NCBI GenBank assembly: GCA_047285535.1
Contig: JBJBDC010000001.1
Coordinates: 2,080,136-2,144,135 of the forward strand
DNA: 64,000 nt
Origin: Synechococcus sp.
GTDB lineage: Bacteria > Cyanobacteriota > Cyanobacteriia > PCC-6307 > Cyanobiaceae
Direction of reading: 5' to 3'
Shown: in pieces, positions 57,913-64,000 of the stretch
How the letters are laid out: each line of letters starts with the position of its first letter
Numbering within the stretch: position 1 is the stretch's first letter
The notes under the pieces: generated by a model
Told to the model about the DNA's origin: nothing
Database searches by the model: none
What the model saw: the letters and a program-made list of their open reading frames with translations, nothing else
Translations under genes and position numbers: made by a program

Positions 57913-59511
57913 TTGGAATTACGTCGAGATCTAAGCCTCACAAGCCTCACCATGACCGTCGTAACGGGAACTATTGGTTCGGGATGGCTATTGGCATCCT
58001 ATTTCGCCGCCCGCACAGCAGGGCCAGAAAGCCTACCTGCCTGGCTTTTAGGAGGCTTCATTTCTTTCCTGCTAGCGCTGGTCTTTGCTGAGCTCGGCTC
58101 ACTGATCAACAGCTCCGGTGCCCTGGCACAGATTCCCCTCGTAAGCCATGGCCGTTTGTCAGGCTTCATCGGCGGATGGAGTATCTGGATCAGCTATTTA
58201 GGCGTGCCCACGATCGAGCTACTCGCCATGCTCGATTATCTCGACAGCAGCCTCCCCTGGCTCACTCAAGATCGAAGTGGGACTCAAATTCTCAGCGGTG
58301 CAGGTCTTGCTGTCGCGGTCGCATTGATGTTGCTCCTCACCTGGATCAATCTCAACGGAGTCAAAGGTCTGGCCCGCTGGATCAACAGCTTGACGATCTG
58401 GAAGCTTGTAGTCCCCCTTCTGGTAGCCACCGTGCTGATGCTGCTCAGTCAGCACTGGGAAAACCTGTTCATACCGATGACCCTTGGAGACACCATCGCA
58501 ACTGACATCACCAATGGTGAAGGCACGGAACTCATGAATGCTGTGGGCAGCGGGGGGATTCTTTTCTGTCTGCTGGGCTTTCGCACAGCTGTGGACCTCG
58601 CTGGAGAAACCCGCAACCCGCAACGCAATGTGCCCTTAGCCATGGGACTCGGGCTAGGTATCAGTTTGCTGATTTACGTTCTCCTACAACTCTCCTTTTT
58701 GGTGAGCGTGCCTCCGGATGCCCTGCAAAAGGGTTGGAGCCATCTCAACCTCAGCCAACATGGTGGCCCCCTCGCCGCCCTAGCCCTGGGACTGGGTCTC
58801 GGTTGGATGGTGGTTCTCTTGCTAATCGATGCAGCACTCTCCCCAAGTACAACCGCTATGGCCTACTTGGGAGTGTCGGCTCGAGTGAGCTGGATGATGG
58901 GTCGCTGCAAGCTGCTCCCAAAGAACTTCGAACGGGTCAACAGAAATGGTGTTCCCGATATTGCTGTCATCAGCAGCTTGGTGGTGGGCTGTGCCCTGTT
59001 CTTGATCGGACCAGGTTGGCAACAGGTTGTTTCGTTCCTCACTGCAGCACAAATGATCGCTCTAGCCATGGGACCGGCAAGTTTGTTGGCCTTGCGCCGC
59101 CAGCTCCCTAAGGAAAGAAAACACTTTCGTATTCCATGGCCAACGCCAATCAGTTCAATGGCTTTCGTGATGGCCACATGGGCTACAAACTGGTGCGGAC
59201 GCATAGCTCTAGAAGGAGCCGTGATCGCCATCGGAATCCCAAGCTTGTTATTCGCTCTCTACAACTGGCGGAAACAACAACCAATCGAAACCAAAGCAGG
59301 TCTTTGGTGGGGGCTTTATCTCGGATTACTAGTGCTTGACATGGAACTCTTCAGTAGCGGACAGCCCTTACAACTGCCAAATCATTCCCATCTAGCCGTA
59401 TTGGCCGGCATAGCTCTACTGATATTGCCGATAGCGGTCAACAGTGCATTACCCGAGATATCACCCCTAGCACTCACTCACTTAAACAACGAGTTTCAAC
59501 AACCTGACTGA
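57913..59511 (+). CDS. APC-family amino acid permease
   Basis: IGSGWL, FAELGS, LAGETRNPQRNVP, about 14 TM helices. Confidence 0.9.
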   Translation: MELRRDLSLTSLTMTVVTGTIGSGWLLASYFAARTAGPESLPAWLLGGFISFLLALVFAELGSLINSSGALAQIPLVSHGRLSGFIGGWSIWISYLGVPTIELLAMLDYLDSSLPWLTQDRSGTQILSGAGLAVAVALMLLLTWINLNGVKGLARWINSLTIWKLVVPLLVATVLMLLSQHWENLFIPMTLGDTIATDITNGEGTELMNAVGSGGILFCLLGFRTAVDLAGETRNPQRNVPLAMGLGLGISLLIYVLLQLSFLVSVPPDALQKGWSHLNLSQHGGPLAALALGLGLGWMVVLLLIDAALSPSTTAMAYLGVSARVSWMMGRCKLLPKNFERVNRNGVPDIAVISSLVVGCALFLIGPGWQQVVSFLTAAQMIALAMGPASLLALRRQLPKERKHFRIPWPTPISSMAFVMATWATNWCGRIALEGAVIAIGIPSLLFALYNWRKQQPIETKAGLWWGLYLGLLVLDMELFSSGQPLQLPNHSHLAVLAGIALLILPIAVNSALPEISPLALTHLNNEFQQPD

Positions 59512-59990
59512 GTCCAGCTACAGAGTCACTGGCCAAAGACTATTGAATGAAGCAACAACAATCGGCTTAACGTACAAAGCCTCCAGTTAGCAAACCTGCC
59601 TAACTCTGTCCTTGAGCCATCGCATCTCAAGGGATTGATCCCTTCGCAAGCGCTCGAGCAAACAAACATTCTCGAGCGAGCCATCAAACCGCACCCACTC
59701 ATAAGCAATTCATAACTAGCGAGCAACAACCTGAGCCCAAGAGGCAGCCGGATGCGCAATGGGAAACGTCTGCAGAAGCAACAAAGGTCACTAGAAACAG
59801 TCTATTTACGAGCAAAAGGCCAAGGGTCATTCATAACAATGATCCAAAACGACTATTTGATACGCATAAAACAGCAAAGGCTAGGACAACAATGAAGAAT
59901 CAATCAAAAATCATCATTCAACACAAGCTTATAACTTAAGGTAATTCCGGGAGATAATTGAATCTATAAAGATTAATTGCCTCACAGATA

Positions 59991-60431
59991 TTACGCACTA
60001 TACTCAACACCTCGATAAACTTTTTTCAGGCATGAAGTCAAAGTAGATTCAATCTCTAATAAAGCGGCTAGTCGACGAGAGCGCAGAAAGCCACCGGGCC
60101 TAACTGTTGCCCGTGAAACTGGGGATGGATCTACTCCGATCAGCTCAGCAGTCATTCGTGAACGGATAAACCCACCAGGCTGAATTGTTCTTTTTGACCG
60201 ATTACAGGAAGAATAAGGAGAGACTAAACACCCGCGATAAACAAGACGGCAATTAGTATTTGTACTGTTGTCAAGCTGAAGAAGTAGCGCCGTTTTCTTG
60301 GATCGAATAATATTATTTCGTGAATTAATAGAAACTCTTCTACGGTAAACTAATTCAAGAGGAGTTAGGCATTCAACCCTAGATCCTTCCATTTTCTCGT
60401 AAGAATTTCCTCGAAAGACAAGCTGTGACAT
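59991..60431 (-). CDS. Extended DUF4278-like basic protein with internal repeats
   Basis: LVFRGNSY / LVYRRRV / LVYRGCLV / KVYRGVEY motifs and a tandem PGGF(I/L)RSR repeat; AAGGAG SD; riboswitch upstream. Confidence 0.7.
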   Translation of the reverse strand: MSQLVFRGNSYEKMEGSRVECLTPLELVYRRRVSINSRNNIIRSKKTALLLQLDNSTNTNCRLVYRGCLVSPYSSCNRSKRTIQPGGFIRSRMTAELIGVDPSPVSRATVRPGGFLRSRRLAALLEIESTLTSCLKKVYRGVEYSA

Positions 60432-60451
60432 GAATTACGCTCCTTTTCAAA

Positions 60452-60510
60452 TGGGCCCCGGTTCCCTGGCCCTAAAGCAGGTGCGCCCTGACTTAGCAGG
60501 GTGAACGTTT
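60452..60510 (-). ncRNA. Glutamine-II (downstream-peptide) riboswitch
   Basis: Minus strand CGTTCA-CCCTG(ctaagt)CAGGG-CGCA-CCTG(ctt)TAGG-GCCAGGGAACCGGGG, directly upstream of the SD and ATG of a DUF4278-like gene. Confidence 0.75.
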
Positions 60511-60515
60511 GATCA

Positions 60516-60529
60516 GTAACGATAGTTAC
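60516..60529. promoter_or_regulatory. NtcA box overlapping a minus-strand -10 element (repressor position)
   Basis: GTAACGATAGTTAC, a perfect GTA-N8-TAC; minus-strand TATCGT (60524-60519) lies inside it. Confidence 0.75.
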
Positions 60530-60657
60530 ACAATTAAGAATGCCCAAACAACGCAAGGCTCGAAGCTCGGGTGGATACCAAATCCCAAAAAAGTCATATC
60601 TCTACACAAAGAGGCATGATTGCAAAATGTAGAGCGAGGTCTGCCCGATGCTCAACG

Positions 60658-61134
60658 ATGAATCACAGCTGGATCACCAAAAAAAGGCTGGCAAGCCTCA
60701 TCCTGGCCTGTCTGAGCATCACAAGTTGCGCTTCACAGAAGGAGGTACGGGTCAGCTCTGCAACTCCTGGTGACGTGCTTACAGTTGTGGGCGACGACAA
60801 GGTTGTTCTAGTCAGCGCCTTTAAACCGGGCCAGCCAAATGGATTGTTCGATGGCGGAATCAAGGTGATCAGCAATAAGAGACCAACACGGTTTGCTGAA
60901 ATAAATGTTGTCTGCAGCATGCCAGATCTACCTAATTGGCCTCAGTACGACAACATTTACGGACGTTGGTTAAAGAAAGATGAACAGCCTGGACTTGAGG
61001 GCGGGCAAACTGACTGGCAACTTTTGACTTACTTTAGTGGCGATAAAAAGAGCCAAGGGAAGGAAGAAGTTCCACAATGGGCCAACCGGTTAGCACAAAA
61101 CCTATGCAGAAAAGGTGACTTTAGCGACAAATAA
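60658..61134 (+). CDS. Hypothetical lipoprotein
   Basis: KKRLASLILACLSITSC lipoprotein signal; Cys pair. The ORF opens at 60571. Confidence 0.7.
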   Translation: MNHSWITKKRLASLILACLSITSCASQKEVRVSSATPGDVLTVVGDDKVVLVSAFKPGQPNGLFDGGIKVISNKRPTRFAEINVVCSMPDLPNWPQYDNIYGRWLKKDEQPGLEGGQTDWQLLTYFSGDKKSQGKEEVPQWANRLAQNLCRKGDFSDK

Positions 61135-61251
61135 GCCACTACTTGTTCAAAGCTTAGAACCAAATGAAGCAATCAATACGCTGAAAAGATCAGTCGATAA
61201 AAATGTCTCATCTGAGACAACTCGGTACCTAAGAGAAGTCGAAGATCAAAG

Positions 61252-62346
61252 ATGTTCTCTAAAACTCCGCTTGTGGCAAGTACCGGCAGCGTAAGCGCAT
61301 GGGATGAAGCATTGCTCACCGCAATGGTTCAATATCCAGTCCCCGTTATTAAAGGGCCAGAAGATATCCAGACCCAGGTCGACCAAATCTGCACATGCTT
61401 AGCCAACACAAAGGCTGGCTATCCCGACCTAGATCTCATTGTCTTTCCTGAGTACTCAACTCAAGGTCTGAATACCAAGATCTGGACATACGATGAAATG
61501 CTTCTTCGCGTGGATTCGCCTGAGATCGATCGATTCCGTCAAGCATGCAAAGAAAACGACGTATGGGGTGTCTTTTCTCTAATGGAGCGGAATGACGACC
61601 CTAGTCTCCCTCCGTTTAACACAGCAATCATCATCAACTCTGATGGTGAAATTGCTTTGCATTACAGAAAACTGCAACCTTGGGTGCCGATTGAACCCTG
61701 GTCTCCTGGTAATTATGGAATGCCAGTTTGTGACGGTCCTAAAGGTTCAAAATTGGCTGTTTGCATCTGCCATGACGGCATGTTCCCAGAACTAGCGCGC
61801 GAGGCCGCCTACAAAGGTGCCAATGTTTATATCAGGATTTCAGGCTATTCAACGCAAGTCAATGATCAATGGATTTGGACCAACAGGACAAACGCATGGC
61901 AGAATTTAATGTATACAATCTCGGTTAATTTGGCAGGCTACGACAATGTCTTCTACTACTTTGGAGAAGGAACGGTCTGCAATTATGATGGAAATGTGAT
62001 CCAACAAGGTCACAGAAATCCTTGGGAGATTGTTACTGCTGAATTATTCCCACGCCTTGTAGACAAGGCAAGGGAAAACTGGGCTCTCGAAAATAACATC
62101 TTCAACCTTGGATGCAGAGCCTATGTTGGCAAGCCAGGAGGCGAAAAAGAGAATTATCTCACTTGGGTTAAGGATCTTGCCAACGGCGAATACAAACTTC
62201 CTTGGGATGACAAGATCAAAGTTCGAGATGGCTGGAAGTATTACCCAGAAGGCGTCCAATTAGGCCCATTGCCCACAACAGGTAATGGGCATAGTACTCA
62301 GGCTCCTGTGCTAACGGAAGAAGCGCCTGTGATGGCACAAGTCTAA
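61252..62346 (+). CDS. amiF: Formamidase (nitrilase superfamily, AmiF type)
   Basis: [23 protein letters not shown] (E-K-C triad, with the CHD of AmiF), [14 protein letters not shown]. Possible GTG start at 61273. Confidence 0.92.
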   Translation: MFSKTPLVASTGSVSAWDEALLTAMVQYPVPVIKGPEDIQTQVDQICTCLANTKAGYPDLDLIVFPEYSTQGLNTKIWTYDEMLLRVDSPEIDRFRQACKENDVWGVFSLMERNDDPSLPPFNTAIIINSDGEIALHYRKLQPWVPIEPWSPGNYGMPVCDGPKGSKLAVCICHDGMFPELAREAAYKGANVYIRISGYSTQVNDQWIWTNRTNAWQNLMYTISVNLAGYDNVFYYFGEGTVCNYDGNVIQQGHRNPWEIVTAELFPRLVDKARENWALENNIFNLGCRAYVGKPGGEKENYLTWVKDLANGEYKLPWDDKIKVRDGWKYYPEGVQLGPLPTTGNGHSTQAPVLTEEAPVMAQV

Positions 62347-62371
62347 CCATAGCAACTAAGAATCTTCAATT

Positions 62372-62399
62372 AAGCCCCAGATAACTCTGGGGCTTTTTT
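62372..62399 (+). terminator. Rho-independent terminator after amiF
   Basis: AAGCCCCAGA-TAAC-TCTGGGGCTT followed by TTTT. Confidence 0.88.
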
Positions 62400-62581
62400 A
62401 TGAATAAAGGAAATTCAAGGCAAATAAACCAGTCAAAAACAAAGAGACAATCCTGATGCAATAAATCAGCAGATCAAGCCATGAGACATCAATTAGGAGG
62501 TTGTGTCATTGAATGATTAGCCAATAGAAGACCTTTCAAAGTAAAAAATATAGATAAATTCAAAACAAGAGACTGTGAGTC

Positions 62582-63346
62582 TTAGACAGTCAAGAATTCC
62601 TGGATAACAGCATCAGAAAGATTTGAAGTGGGACCACTAGACACAATTCCTCCACGTTGCATCGCATAATAAAAGCTTGATTGCTTAACGAAATGAAGAT
62701 GTTGTTCAACAAGCAGTACGCTAATGCCAGTCTCTTTGATAATTCTCTGCACAGCTCGTTCAATATCAAGAATGATGGATGGCTGAATTCCTTCGGTAGG
62801 CTCATCCAATAGTAATAATTTTGGTTTCCCTAGCAAGGCGCGTGCAATAGCTAATTGTTGCTGCTGCCCACCACTTAAATCACCACCTTTACGATTTAAG
62901 AACTGCTCGAGAATCGGAAATAGTTCATAGATAAACGGATCTATATGTCGATTTTTACCCATACCACCTGGCAATGCTTCCATACCCAAAAGAAGATTCT
63001 CACGAACAGTTAGGAATGGAATGATGTCTCTACCTTGGGTCACATAACCAATTCCGTGTCGAGCTCTTTGATAGGGAGGTTGAGTTAAAAGCTCATTAGA
63101 TTCATAATAGATCGAGCCAGATCGTTGCTGTAAGAGTCCAATCAAAGTCTTCAGGAAAGTGGTTTTTCCAACACCATTCCTGCCAATCAAACAAACCATT
63201 TCACCCTTGGGTATTTGCAAATCAACATTACGTAAAATATGGCTCTCACCATAATAAACATTGATGCCAGAAGCACGAAGGACAAATTCAGCAGAAGATG
63301 GATGGGCTGTTTGTGGCTGCATAACAGAAGAAGGCATGATTAACAA
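62582..63346 (-). CDS. urtE: Urea/amide ABC transporter ATP-binding subunit UrtE
   Basis: YGESHILR, GRNGVGKTT, LSGGQQQQLAIARAL, LDEPTEGIQPS. Confidence 0.92.
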   Translation of the reverse strand: MLIMPSSVMQPQTAHPSSAEFVLRASGINVYYGESHILRNVDLQIPKGEMVCLIGRNGVGKTTFLKTLIGLLQQRSGSIYYESNELLTQPPYQRARHGIGYVTQGRDIIPFLTVRENLLLGMEALPGGMGKNRHIDPFIYELFPILEQFLNRKGGDLSGGQQQQLAIARALLGKPKLLLLDEPTEGIQPSIILDIERAVQRIIKETGISVLLVEQHLHFVKQSSFYYAMQRGGIVSSGPTSNLSDAVIQEFLTV

Positions 63347-63376
63347 TTAGCAAAGAACAAGCGAGATAAGATCTAA

Positions 63377-64000
63377 CTAATGATCATCAGATTGACCAAG
63401 ATATACCTCAATGACACGCGGGTCACGTTTAACCTCATCCAAAGTTCCTTCGGTTAACTTTTGACCCTGATGCAACACCGTGACAGGTGCGCCAAGATCT
63501 CTAATAAATTCCATATCGTGCTCGATTACAACAACTGTATGCTCTCCAGCCAATGACTTAATGAGTTCAGCAGTTTTTGAAGTCTCATCATCGGTTAAAC
63601 CAGCTACAGGCTCATCCAATAGAATGATGTCAGGAGATTGAGCTACAAGCATCGAAATAGCAAGCCATTGTTTTTGTCCATGAGAGAGGGATCCTGCCTG
63701 AAGCTTGGCATAGGGAGCAAGCCCGACATATTCCATAATTTTAAAAACCTCTTCTCTTACAACAGAGCTGAGAGATTTTGTTAACAACGCCAAAGGTGTT
63801 TTAGTAGGAGAAGCCGTCAACTCAAGATTGCGTTGAACGGACAAATTCTCCCAGACTCTTGGTGTTTGAAATTTACGACCGACTCCCATTCTAGAGATTT
63901 TTTGTTCTGATAATCCGATAATACTTTTGCCTCGTAATTTCACACTACCCTTGGTGGGTTTGACCTTTCCTGTAATGACGTCTAAGAAAGTAGTTTTACC
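63377..64000 (-). CDS. urtD: Urea/amide ABC transporter ATP-binding subunit UrtD (5' end outside window)
   Basis: Frame open to the window edge (GKTTFLDVITGK), GRKFQTP, LSHGQKQWL, DPRVIEVYLG. Confidence 0.92.
   Translation of the reverse strand, partial: GKTTFLDVITGKVKPTKGSVKLRGKSIIGLSEQKISRMGVGRKFQTPRVWENLSVQRNLELTASPTKTPLALLTKSLSSVVREEVFKIMEYVGLAPYAKLQAGSLSHGQKQWLAISMLVAQSPDIILLDEPVAGLTDDETSKTAELIKSLAGEHTVVVIEHDMEFIRDLGAPVTVLHQGQKLTEGTLDEVKRDPRVIEVYLGQSDDH

Overview
Chromosomal segment of a marine picocyanobacterium, most likely Synechococcus. The core backbone (~50-60% GC) runs desC-rplI-dnaB ... mnmG-ubiC-like-sprT-ligA ... ABC-2 exporter ... valS ... zur ... tRNA-Val(TAC)-mazG-arfB-speE-speB-gcvT-aspS-group 2 sigma-pyrG-queE ... 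queC-pabB-pabC ... urtE-urtD (urtD cut by the window end). Several accessory blocks interrupt it. (1) An AT-rich island between dnaB and mnmG holds two secreted pilin-like paralogs (one a chaperone/pilin chimera), a small PapD-like chaperone and a secreted Cys-pair protein, with no usher. (2) Two diverged copies of a translationally coupled lipoprotein solute-binding protein + MscS-channel pair occur with no ABC importer permease. (3) A small-gene island at the 3' end of tRNA-Val carries hli, a ferredoxin pseudogene and a 52-aa NblA-like gene behind a canonical NtcA promoter; the NblA-like gene is missing from the ORF track. (4) An orphan PpiC/HlyB/HlyD type I secretion cassette lies between queE and ecotin/queC. 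(5) A nitrogen block contains an APC permease, a repeat-extended DUF4278-like gene under an NtcA box plus a glutamine-II riboswitch, the formamidase amiF and AT-rich urtDE. valS looks compositionally foreign or mosaic. All family calls come from motif recognition by eye, with no database search; GC values are spot counts of individual 60-nt lines.
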